From an uncultured Chryseobacterium sp. (lineage in GTDB: Bacteria; Bacteroidota; Bacteroidia; Flavobacteriales_F; PHOS-HE28): a stretch of DNA of 52,191 nt. The notes beneath the pieces are model-generated. The model was given only the letters and a program-made list of their open reading frames with translations. It was not told where the DNA came from and did no database searches. Positions 16,247 to 25,167 of the stretch are shown one piece after another; the stretch's first letter is position 1, and each line of letters begins with the position of its first letter. The stretch covers positions 1 to 52,191 of the forward strand of contig CAYQMC010000001.1 of assembly GCA_964418285.1 (NCBI GenBank). The letters are read 5' to 3'. The position numbers and the translations under genes were made by a program.

Positions 16247-18925
16247 ATGATCGACGAGCAGCTGTTGGATCGGACCCATTTGTACGTGAGGCGCTGGTTC
16301 GCCCGGCGCATGCCCCCGCACATGGTCTTCCATGACCTGGAGCACACGTTGGGAGTTGCGCGCGCGGCAGTCGCCATAGCGCGGGCCATGAAGCTTTCCG
16401 CCACGGACATCGCCTTGGTGGAAGTGGCTGCCTTGTTCCACGACACAGGCTACGCCTTGGGGTATGCCGGACACGAGGAGCACAGCGCCCGCCTGGCCGA
16501 GGACTTTCTGCAAAAGCACGGTGCATCCGCGCGCGAGATCACCCGTGTCCGCTCGCTCATCATGGCCACTCGGTTCGATGCCAAGCCACGCAGCACCCTG
16601 CAGAAGGTATTGCGCGATGCGGATTCCAACAAGGCGGGGCAGGCGGATTTCCGTGCCAGGAGCGAACTCCTTCGTCGTGAATTGGAGGTGGTCCGTGGTA
16701 CAGCCATCGATCCCCGTTCCTGGAATGCAGAGGATCTGGCCTACCTCAGTGGACACCGGTTCCATACCGCCTACGCCCAGCGTCGTTATAGTGCCCAGAA
16801 ACGCATCAACCTGCTGGACCTGCGCAAACGTGCGGCCATGCCGGAACGAAAGCTCAAGGCCAAGCGGGCCAAGGAGCGTTTCATGGACCGCGACATGAGC
16901 TGGTTGTCGTTCAACGAGCGTGTGCTCCAGGAGGCGCGGTCGTCCGCTGTTCCCCTGTTGGAACGCCTGAAATTCCTGGCCATCTACTCCAACAACCTGG
17001 ACGAGTTCTACCGGGTGCGTGTCGCTTCATTGCGCAGTTTGGGCAAATTGAACAAGGTCGTGCGCCAGGTGCTTGACGTACCGCCGGAGAAGTTGGTGGA
17101 CCGGCTCAACCGCAAGGCACTCCAACAGCAGAAGGAGTTCGGCGCATTGTACAGGGGCACCTTGTTGCCGGCCTTGGCCGACCAGGGCATCCGCATCCTG
17201 CGCGAGACCGAGCTCGATGCCGCTCAGCGCAAGGCGGTGCGGTCCTATTTCACCAAGCGCATCGCAGCGCTGCTGAACACAGCCGCAGTGCGGGAAGGAA
17301 ACGCACCCTTCATCGAGGACCGCAAGTTGTACTTCGTGGTACGGCTGCGCCAGAACGGCCAAAGGAAGAACCGGCTGGTACTCCTGAATATTCCCGCCGA
17401 AGAGGCCGGCCGTTTCCTGCGTCTCCCTTCGAAACAGGGCTCGACCGACGTGATCTTCCTGGATGATGTCATACGCGTGTGCCTTCCAGGGATCTTCGCA
17501 GGACATAAGGTGCTGGACTGTCACGCCGTCAAGCTTTCACGCGATGCGGAGTTGTATCTGGACGAGGAGTTCGGGGGTAACGTCAAGGACAAGGTGCGCA
17601 AGAGCCTTCGCAAGCGGCGTACCGGTGTGCCATCGCGATTCCTGTACGACAATGCCATGCCACCGGCCACGTTGCGCGCACTGCGTGCGCTGCTGGGCCT
17701 GTCCAAACAGGATGTGGTGGCCGGCGGTCGATACCACAACTTCAGTGATCTGATGAAACTACCCGTGGAAGGGTATGCACACCTGCGTGATGTGCCCTGG
17801 CCGGCGATCGATCATCCGGCATTCGGTAAAGGCGGGAATGCATTCCGCACCATCGCTTCGGGTGATCGTCTGCTGCACTTCCCCTACCACGATTTCGGCG
17901 CACTGGTCCATTGGTTGGAGCAGGCCGCCACCGATGCGGCAGTGGTGCACATCGCGATAACCTTGTACCGCGTTGCGGACGGCTCTGCGGTATGCCATGC
18001 CTTGTTGAAGGCCCTGGAGCAGGGCAAGCGCGTCACGGTCTTCGTGGAAGTGCAGGCCCGTTTCGATGAGACTTCGAACCTGTACTGGGGCGAACGCTTG
18101 GAGAAGGCCGGTGCGAACGTGCTGTACAGCTACGAGCGGCTCAAGGTGCATTGCAAACTGTGCCTTGTGGAACGCACCGAACGGGGGCGCATAAAACGAT
18201 ACGCCTACCTGGGTACCGGTAATTTCAACGAACGCACCTCGCGCCTCTATGTCGATTCCGCCTTGCTCACGGCCCGTGGATCCATCACCCGTGAAGTGGA
18301 GGGTGTCTTTGCGCACCTGAGGGACCGTCGACTGCGGCCTCATCAGGAGCACTTGATGGTGGCACCACTGACCTTGCGTACCCGGCTGGAACAGCTGATC
18401 GACAAGGAGATCGAACTGGCCCTGAGCGGACGTCCGGCAGAGATCATCCTGAAGCTGAACAGCATCGAGGACCGCGCCATGATCCGGAAGCTTTACGATG
18501 CCAGCAATGCCGGCGTGAACGTGCGCATCATCGTCCGAGGCATCTGTTGCCTGGTTCCTGGGGTGAAGGGCATGAGCGAGAACATCACCGCGATCAGTAT
18601 CGTGGACCGTTACCTGGAACACACGCGTGCCTACGTGTTCGGCAACAACGGCAAGACACTGGTGTACCTTTCCAGTGCCGACTGGATGGGGCGCAACCTG
18701 GACCGCCGGATCGAAGTGGCCTTCCCCATCCTGGATGCTGCGTTGAAACAAGAGGTACTCGACATCCTGGAGATCCAATGGAGCGATCGGGTGAAAGCCC
18801 GCTTGATCGATGCACGACAGACCAACCCGTATGTGGTGCCGGTGCACGGCGAGCGACAGGTACACTCGCAGGAGGCCACCCACACCTATCTGGCCAAGAA
18901 GGCGCAGCGGGAGGCAGGTTCGTGA
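16247..18925 (+). CDS. ppk1: Polyphosphate kinase 1 with an N-terminal HD-domain extension (HD::PPK1 fusion)
   Basis: A PPK1 N-terminal signature (MDRDMSWLSFNERVLQEA...LERLKFLAIYSNNLDEFYRVRV) begins about 210 residues after the ATG at 16247, followed by full PPK1 head and PLD-like C domains. The preceding ~210 aa carry HD motifs (FHDLEHT...AALFHDTGY...LRDADS). The start could also be 16148 or 16178. Confidence 0.9.
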   Translation: MIDEQLLDRTHLYVRRWFARRMPPHMVFHDLEHTLGVARAAVAIARAMKLSATDIALVEVAALFHDTGYALGYAGHEEHSARLAEDFLQKHGASAREITRVRSLIMATRFDAKPRSTLQKVLRDADSNKAGQADFRARSELLRRELEVVRGTAIDPRSWNAEDLAYLSGHRFHTAYAQRRYSAQKRINLLDLRKRAAMPERKLKAKRAKERFMDRDMSWLSFNERVLQEARSSAVPLLERLKFLAIYSNNLDEFYRVRVASLRSLGKLNKVVRQVLDVPPEKLVDRLNRKALQQQKEFGALYRGTLLPALADQGIRILRETELDAAQRKAVRSYFTKRIAALLNTAAVREGNAPFIEDRKLYFVVRLRQNGQRKNRLVLLNIPAEEAGRFLRLPSKQGSTDVIFLDDVIRVCLPGIFAGHKVLDCHAVKLSRDAELYLDEEFGGNVKDKVRKSLRKRRTGVPSRFLYDNAMPPATLRALRALLGLSKQDVVAGGRYHNFSDLMKLPVEGYAHLRDVPWPAIDHPAFGKGGNAFRTIASGDRLLHFPYHDFGALVHWLEQAATDAAVVHIAITLYRVADGSAVCHALLKALEQGKRVTVFVEVQARFDETSNLYWGERLEKAGANVLYSYERLKVHCKLCLVERTERGRIKRYAYLGTGNFNERTSRLYVDSALLTARGSITREVEGVFAHLRDRRLRPHQEHLMVAPLTLRTRLEQLIDKEIELALSGRPAEIILKLNSIEDRAMIRKLYDASNAGVNVRIIVRGICCLVPGVKGMSENITAISIVDRYLEHTRAYVFGNNGKTLVYLSSADWMGRNLDRRIEVAFPILDAALKQEVLDILEIQWSDRVKARLIDARQTNPYVVPVHGERQVHSQEATHTYLAKKAQREAGS

Positions 18926-18933
18926 TCGGACGT

Positions 18934-19839
18934 TTAGGAGTTGCGCACTGGGATCGCCAGTACAGGGCAGTGTACGCGTCGTAATACGCGTTCCGTGGTA
19001 CTGCCCAACAAGGCATCCCAGGTACCCGTTCGGCCGTGGGTGCTCATCACCACCAGATCATGCGCTTGCGCGGCTTCAACGATCCCGTGCACCACATCAT
19101 CCGTCTCTACGACGTGCTCACGCCACTGCAGGTGTGGGGTATCCGCTGGCAATACATCGGGCATTTCCGCGCGGCGTCCGACGTGGAACAAGGTCAAAGA
19201 GACCGGATCTTTGGCCAACATGCGGCATACCTCCATGGCAGCATTCAGAGCGGCTTGAGGAGCTGGATCGCGTGCAATGGGGATCAGCACCTTGGAAAGT
19301 GTGGTGTTGCCATCGGCAAGCACCAGGCCTTCGCTATCGTGGGGAATAAGGATGCTGGGGCGTTCGCTTGCGCGCGCCAAGTGCTCGGCCACGGAACTGT
19401 GCGGCCAGCCCAGCGGACCTTCGCGCTGGCTGGTGCCCATCACCAGAAGATCGGCCGAATGACGTTCCAAGTGGTCCAGGCAGACGGCTACGGGGTCGCC
19501 ACCACGTGCGCTCACCTTGCGGATGCGCAGGCCCACACCGGAGAGTTCGTCCATTGTGGAGCCATGCGGTAGCACGCCCCAACGCTCCAGTTGGTCACGC
19601 ACTCCGGGAAAGGCTCCCCAGTCCTCCTCTTCCTGATCCTCATCGCTCACATGCAGTATACTGAGCTTCGCCTTTGTGGTCAAAGCCAGTTTCAAGGCAT
19701 GCCGGAATGCGGTGCGACTGGCCACGGAAAGGTCCGTAGGGTGCAGGATCCCGCTAAGGCGGGACAGATCGTGGGGAATGGATCGGTCCATGGGCGCAAG
19801 ATGGTATGCCGGGATGGAATTCCGACCAATGATCATCAT
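18934..19839 (-). CDS. Tandem universal stress protein (UspA-family, two domains)
   Basis: There are two Usp-like halves, each ending in the ATP-site-like motif: LLVMGTSQREG...SVAEHLARASERPSILIP and LVVMSTHGRTGTWDALLGSTTERVLRRVHCPVLAIP. ATG 19791 (MDRSIPHD) is an alternative start. Confidence 0.8.
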   Translation of the reverse strand: MMIIGRNSIPAYHLAPMDRSIPHDLSRLSGILHPTDLSVASRTAFRHALKLALTTKAKLSILHVSDEDQEEEDWGAFPGVRDQLERWGVLPHGSTMDELSGVGLRIRKVSARGGDPVAVCLDHLERHSADLLVMGTSQREGPLGWPHSSVAEHLARASERPSILIPHDSEGLVLADGNTTLSKVLIPIARDPAPQAALNAAMEVCRMLAKDPVSLTLFHVGRRAEMPDVLPADTPHLQWREHVVETDDVVHGIVEAAQAHDLVVMSTHGRTGTWDALLGSTTERVLRRVHCPVLAIPVRNS

Positions 19840-19848
19840 ATTGGAGTT

Positions 19849-19881
19849 CTTGGAAGGAGTGTCCTACTTTCTTTACATTTG
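19849..19881 (+). promoter_or_regulatory. Candidate promoter of tRNA-Ala (-33 TTG ... -7 TACATTTG)
   Basis: TACATTTG at 19874..19881 is an exact TAnnTTTG match 31 nt upstream of the tRNA 5' end. A TTG lies at 19849..19851, 22 nt upstream of the box. Confidence 0.4.
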
Positions 19882-19910
19882 CAGCCCGTTCGCAAGACCG
19901 GGTTTCCATA

Positions 19911-19987
<77 letters not shown>

Positions 19988-19989
19988 GA

Positions 19990-20018
19990 AAGGCGGTTCG
20001 CATGGACCGCCTTTTTTC
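19990..20018 (+). terminator. Rho-independent terminator after tRNA-Ala
   Basis: AAGGCGGT-tcgcatgg-ACCGCCTT followed by TTTTT. Confidence 0.6.
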
Positions 20019-20052
20019 GTTCCGAGGTCAGGAGGTGGCGCACCTTTGCCAC

Positions 20053-20937
20053 ATGCCTCTGCCCGGATCCCTCATCGAACAGCTCGCCGAGCATCTTTCG
20101 GCCCATTCCGGGCAGCCGGTGGACATCGAGGAAGCCTTTCCCGTGGGTGGCGGCTCCATCAACGATGCGTGGCGCTTGGAGACCGATTCCGGGCGTTTCT
20201 TCCTGAAGACCAACAGCGCCGACCGCTTCCCCAGCATGTTCGAAGCCGAGGCCGATGGGCTGCAGCGCTTGCGTGAAGCCGGGCCATTGCATGTACCCGA
20301 GGTGATCGCCCACGGTGAGGACCACAGCGACGGCTTCCTCCTGCTCGAATGGGTCGAAGGTGGCATCAAGGGGCCGGGGTTCTGGGCCGAATTCGGGCGG
20401 GGACTCGCACAACTGCACCGGCATACGCAGGAGCATTTCGGGTTGGATCGTGACAACTACATCGGCAGCTTGGTGCAGCGGAACACACCGGAGCGCGACT
20501 GGCCCTCCTTCTTCATCCACCAGCGCTTGGAGCCGCAGCTCAAGATGGCTCGGGACCGCAAACGCGTTGATGCCGGCATGGCCTTTCGTTTCGAGCGGCT
20601 GTTCCACCAACTGGACAGGCTCTTCCCGGCCGAACCTCCCGCTCTGCTGCACGGTGACCTTTGGACCGGTAATTTCCTTTGCGATGACGCAGGCCGTCCG
20701 GTGCTCATCGATCCCGCCGTGTACTATGGACACCGGGAGATGGACCTGGCCATGACCAAGCTGTTCGGCGGATCCGATGATGCCCTGTACACCGCCTACC
20801 ACGCTGAGTGGTCGTTGGAGCAGGGCTGGAAAGAGCGCGTCGACCTGTGCAACCTGTATCCGCTGATGGTCCATGTGAACCTCTTCGGCGGGGGCTACAT
20901 GGCGCAGGTGGAGGGGGTGCTCAAGCGCTTCGCATAG
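20053..20937 (+). CDS. Fructosamine/ketosamine-3-kinase family protein
   Basis: Internal ATG at 20053; the track ORF start at 19945 lies inside the tRNA. Motifs are GGGSINDAWRLETDSGRFFLKTN, LLHGDLWTGNF and IDPAVYYGHREMDLAM. Confidence 0.9.
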   Translation: MPLPGSLIEQLAEHLSAHSGQPVDIEEAFPVGGGSINDAWRLETDSGRFFLKTNSADRFPSMFEAEADGLQRLREAGPLHVPEVIAHGEDHSDGFLLLEWVEGGIKGPGFWAEFGRGLAQLHRHTQEHFGLDRDNYIGSLVQRNTPERDWPSFFIHQRLEPQLKMARDRKRVDAGMAFRFERLFHQLDRLFPAEPPALLHGDLWTGNFLCDDAGRPVLIDPAVYYGHREMDLAMTKLFGGSDDALYTAYHAEWSLEQGWKERVDLCNLYPLMVHVNLFGGGYMAQVEGVLKRFA

Positions 20938-21058
20938 CAATGGTTCCCAAGCGAAAGTCTCGGAACACGTTGGGACGCATCCGAGGCTTTCGCCAAAGGC
21001 CGGGGCAACTGGTGAACAAACCCCTTTGCAGACCATTCCCCGGCCAGGGGGCTCCTGG

Positions 21059-24000
21059 TCACTCCACGATGAGCCGCTGCTGCTTCATGATACCGTTCGT
21101 GTACACCACCTGCACGATGTACACACCAGGGCTGATCCCGTCCAGTGCGTAGTGCTCATCCGGGAGCATTTCATGGACCTCTCGCCCGCTGGCATCCAAG
21201 AGCAGCACATGCCGCAAAGCATCCTTGCCCAGTATTCGGAACATTCCGCTTGCCGGGTTCGGGAAGATGGTAGGTCCGGTCATCCTATCCGTACCACGCA
21301 CGGCCATTGTGGGGCTCCAAGAAAACTCCCCGTTGTGGTCCACCTGTTTGATCCGGTAATAGGAAATGCGATCGCTCGGATTAGGGTCAAGGTGGGTGTA
21401 ATCCGATAGCTGTTGTGTGGTTCCCTGGCCATCCACCCAGGCGATCTGTCGGAGATCCACCTCGCCATCGATCATGCGCCATACCTCGAAACCGGCATTG
21501 TCGAGTTCGGTGGCGGTGGTCCACTGCATCAATACTTCGCCTTCGGTGATACGTTCAGCAGAGAAGGAAAGCAGCTCCACCGGCAGTGGTAGACCGAAGG
21601 TGGTGATGTACAGTTCACCGTCGTCATCCAATACAGCGGTATAACCGTGCGTTCCCCCGTTGCCTTGGATACGTGGCTCCAATGCCGGAGCTGCCGGGTA
21701 TAAAGGCGTCCATATGTTGCCCGGTGGGTTGTTCATCAAGGAGCAATCCTCCATCGGACCTGCATAATGGGCCACCCCGGCATCTGCAGGGACACCTACG
21801 GCGGGATCCGCCGTGGCATAAGTGCCGAATTCATCCCCGCTGTGGAAGAGCCGCACGATGGCACCGGTGGTGATGGGGAGCTGTGTGCTGAGCTGCCAGT
21901 TGCGATCCAGGTAGTGTTGGCCGATGAGGCTTTGACGCACCGGGCCGTTGTTCACGTATACGTTCATGTTAACAGTACCGAGCACCTGGCCATTGTCGTT
22001 GAAGCGCGCCACCACCTTGCGGTCTTTGTAGATCCATTGGTCCTGTCCGCCGCCTGTACTGGTGATGGGGTCGGCCGGACCACAGGTGTTGAAGGCTTCG
22101 TTCCAGAGCTCGGGCGTGAATTCGTAGGCACCCATGTCCGGCAGTGTGGGGTCGCGCGGCAGGCCATCCTTGTCCGTGGTCACACCGGGGAAGGGTTGTG
22201 CCGCATCGTTGATCTCCATGCCGTATGCATGCAGGTCGTTGTTCCCATCGTAATACTTGGGGTCCGCAATGATCGAGTTCGCATTCGTGCCGGTGGCCAG
22301 GCTGAGCGTGGCGATGTCGGTATGGGTCCCACCCCACAATATCGCCAGTGGAAAGAAGCCAGTGGTATGGAAGCAGTTGTGATCGCCTTGTACCCCCGTA
22401 TTGGTGACATACACAGGGTTGGTGCCGGTGCCGGAGAACACATTGTTCCTGACATTGACCTCGGTGCCAGTGCCGGATGCCGCGTACAAAGCGTACCCAT
22501 CGTAGCGCTGCATGTGGAAGCTGTTGTGGACGACATCGATGCGCTCCAGATCTCCACCGATGTTGATCCCCAAGCGGCCTCGATAGAGGAATTCGTTGTT
22601 CGCGATCAATGCTCTGGAAGGCGCCAACGGCGCCACGTTGTACAGTGTCAAGCCCGATGCTGTGGTTGACGCTATGCTGTGCACCTTGTTCTTCGTGAAG
22701 GTGAACGGCCCCGTACAGTTGGAGAGGGCGACCGCGAACTGGTCGCGGCCTTCGAGCTGGTTGCCGCTCATGGTCAAGGTTCCAGCGAAGTTCGCGAAGT
22801 AGAATCCCGCATTCGGAGTGGTGCGGATGCAATCCGTGATCGATATGTGTTCCATGGGTCCTCCGGTGGTCCACCACATAGCGGAATAGCCTCCGCTCAA
22901 ATGACATGCCTCCAATTCGAGCTGTGGTTCTCCCGGACCGTTCTCCCTTTCGATCAAATGGCCGTTATTGTTGGTCGCAAAGATGTACAGTACAGCGCAG
23001 TTCCGAAGCCTCAGGTATTGATCGCCGGTCGCATTCGGATCCACGTACACGACCCGCTTGTACTGTGACCCACCGGGCCTGTTGAAGGTGATGTGTTCCA
23101 TGCTGACCCACTCCATACCGCGCCAATGCATCAAGTGATTGTTCGCAGGAGTGAAACTCGCGGGCCACTCCACACGCACCAACGAGCTGTCCATGGACAT
23201 CCCCCTGAAGGTGATCGTGTTCACACTGCTGTTCCCTGACACCGGTGCAAGGTCCAACTGTTCGTTGTATGTGCCATCCTCCACTTCAAAGACCACCGGG
23301 CCGTTGATCCCGCAGTTCTGCATCTTGCGGATTGCCGAGGTGAACGACGGGAAATCAGCAACCACCGATGGGCCAATGGTGTAGGTGCCGTTCAGGGTGA
23401 AGCAGTACTCCGTGGTCTCATCCGCGCCGATATCGGGCATGGTGGCCACCGGCTGTGGTCGCGGCTCACCATCGGCATCCGCCGTAACGCTGGCAAGGGG
23501 GGTGCCGTTCCCGGCGCAGGGGGATCCGCTCTGGAGGTGCAGATCGCTTACGGCGTTCACGTACAACGGGTCCTGGTTCCTGGAATTCGCATCGAATCCC
23601 GTGGCCGCGTTCAGGTCGGCGATCGTGGAATGCGTTCCATTCCACGTTGCGAAGGAGCTGCCGCTGCCGAGGTAATAGCAGTTGTAGTCGGCTTCGGAAA
23701 CAGCGGTCAGGTCCTGCACTCGTATCGCTAGAAAGGTGGGCGAGAAGAAACTATTGTTGATCAGACGGACCTCCGCGCCTGGTCCACCCGTGATGTCGAC
23801 CCTGCCCGAGCAACTGTTGTGGAGCATGTCCACGTACTGAACGGTCTGGAGGACGCACGCCGCACCCGTGCCTCGCATGAAGTTGTTCACGAGCAGGCCC
23901 TTGTTCGTGGGTGTGCCTACGCAGTTGCTGATCAGGAGCGCCGTTGAAGCGTTGGAGTACATGCGATTGCCGCGGAATTCGAAGCCGCCATCGCAATCGC

Positions 24001-24760
24001 TGAGCACATTGTTCAGGAAGAGGGCGGAGACCACCGTGTTGCTCGTGAAGAGATTATCGATCAGATGGACGCCGCCATCCACCGCATTGAACAGGATGCC
24101 TGAGTTGTACAGGACATTGCCCTCCATCCGGATCTCATCCGCCAACGAAGAGCCCCTCCAGTACACGGAATAGCGTCCATTTTCAAAGCGGTTCTCCGTG
24201 AACCGGATACCGGTCTGCAGCACCGCATCATCCACGTGGACCAGGTTCTGGTTCGCCGGTGCCGGAGCTGGGTTCACCACCCCTTGGAAACGACAACGTC
24301 GGAAGGTGATGTCCGCTGCGGGACCCTGGATCGACACCACATGTGCGTAGGTGGCCGATCCGGCGCGTCGAAAGGAAAGGTGCTCGAAGGTGATGTGCTG
24401 CGCGCCATTGATCCGTACCGCATAGTTCGGGTTGAAGGTGGTGCTGGTGGACGTGGATACGATGACGTTGGCCAGGGTGCTGTCCAGGGCCTGCCCCCGA
24501 AAGGTGATGGTGTTGGTCGCGGATGCGCCGGCTATCGGGGAGACGACGACCCGTTGGAAATAGCTCCCATTCGCCACCTCCATCACCACGGGACCGTTCA
24601 CCCCGAGTGTATTCAGGTCGGCGATGGCGGCCGCGAAGGAAATGTAGTCACCACCACCTCCGGGATCGATCACATACGTGCCGCTCATTTGGGCATGCAC
24701 CGGGGTCATCGTGAACACGAACAAGAAGAGCGCTGCACTGTGCCGAAGTTGGGAGAACAT
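21059..24760 (-). CDS. Giant T9SS-secreted protein with two right-handed parallel beta-helix modules and a type-A CTD
   Basis: ATG 24760 gives MFSQLRHSAALFLFVFTMTPVHAQ (signal peptide); the track start at 24784 is a TTG. There are two homologous modules, starting GTYVIDPGGGGDYISFAAAIADLNTLGVNGPVVMEV...NTITFRG and GTYTIGPSVVADFPSFTSAIRKMQNCGINGPVVFEV...NTITFRG. Each is followed by N-rich beta-helix repeats and a D.DG.PR...DIGA.E end. An Ig-like domain and the CTD (IFPNPASGMFRILGKDA...GVYIVQVVYTNGIMKQQRLIVE) follow. Confidence 0.85.
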   Translation of the reverse strand: MFSQLRHSAALFLFVFTMTPVHAQMSGTYVIDPGGGGDYISFAAAIADLNTLGVNGPVVMEVANGSYFQRVVVSPIAGASATNTITFRGQALDSTLANVIVSTSTSTTFNPNYAVRINGAQHITFEHLSFRRAGSATYAHVVSIQGPAADITFRRCRFQGVVNPAPAPANQNLVHVDDAVLQTGIRFTENRFENGRYSVYWRGSSLADEIRMEGNVLYNSGILFNAVDGGVHLIDNLFTSNTVVSALFLNNVLSDCDGGFEFRGNRMYSNASTALLISNCVGTPTNKGLLVNNFMRGTGAACVLQTVQYVDMLHNSCSGRVDITGGPGAEVRLINNSFFSPTFLAIRVQDLTAVSEADYNCYYLGSGSSFATWNGTHSTIADLNAATGFDANSRNQDPLYVNAVSDLHLQSGSPCAGNGTPLASVTADADGEPRPQPVATMPDIGADETTEYCFTLNGTYTIGPSVVADFPSFTSAIRKMQNCGINGPVVFEVEDGTYNEQLDLAPVSGNSSVNTITFRGMSMDSSLVRVEWPASFTPANNHLMHWRGMEWVSMEHITFNRPGGSQYKRVVYVDPNATGDQYLRLRNCAVLYIFATNNNGHLIERENGPGEPQLELEACHLSGGYSAMWWTTGGPMEHISITDCIRTTPNAGFYFANFAGTLTMSGNQLEGRDQFAVALSNCTGPFTFTKNKVHSIASTTASGLTLYNVAPLAPSRALIANNEFLYRGRLGINIGGDLERIDVVHNSFHMQRYDGYALYAASGTGTEVNVRNNVFSGTGTNPVYVTNTGVQGDHNCFHTTGFFPLAILWGGTHTDIATLSLATGTNANSIIADPKYYDGNNDLHAYGMEINDAAQPFPGVTTDKDGLPRDPTLPDMGAYEFTPELWNEAFNTCGPADPITSTGGGQDQWIYKDRKVVARFNDNGQVLGTVNMNVYVNNGPVRQSLIGQHYLDRNWQLSTQLPITTGAIVRLFHSGDEFGTYATADPAVGVPADAGVAHYAGPMEDCSLMNNPPGNIWTPLYPAAPALEPRIQGNGGTHGYTAVLDDDGELYITTFGLPLPVELLSFSAERITEGEVLMQWTTATELDNAGFEVWRMIDGEVDLRQIAWVDGQGTTQQLSDYTHLDPNPSDRISYYRIKQVDHNGEFSWSPTMAVRGTDRMTGPTIFPNPASGMFRILGKDALRHVLLLDASGREVHEMLPDEHYALDGISPGVYIVQVVYTNGIMKQQRLIVE

Positions 24761-24819
24761 GGCCGAAATCGCTTTGGTGTGCAAATTCCCACATCACCAT
24801 CGCGCAGTTCAAGTCGCAA

Positions 24820-24852
24820 TGGGTGAACGACCGATCCTGTTGGGTGAACGAC
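24820..24852 (-). promoter_or_regulatory. Candidate LytTR-regulator operator: exact 12-bp direct repeat TGGGTGAACGAC x2, 21-bp period
   Basis: Copies lie at 24820..24831 and 24841..24852 (plus strand). On the gene-sense strand this reads GTCGTTCACCCA-N9-GTCGTTCACCCA, immediately upstream of a TTG(-33-like)...TTTG promoter-like stretch. The proximal copy ends 59 nt before ATG 24760. The same core with the same period occurs at 26557..26589. Confidence 0.55.
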
Positions 24853-25167
24853 ACAGGGTAAGTCCAAAGGGAAGGAACAGGACTTGGTGGAGCATTGGTC
24901 CCCCGAGGACCTTCGCCGGTCAGCAGCAATGATCCCATTGCCCCGCACTTGGCCAGCTCTGCAAAGCAACGCGGGGCACAGGCCTCCATTCCCGGTATCG
25001 GCTGTTCGAAGAAGTCCGGGGTGCCCGTAGCCTCCCTTCGCTCCTCAACTCATCCACCGGTGGTGCAAGCAGCCCATGGTCCGGGGCTACCATCACGGAC
25101 GGTGCAAGGTCCGTTCAGTTCAGCCCTGAAATGGAAGAAGAAGTTCCGTTGGGGAGCAGTAGCGCCT

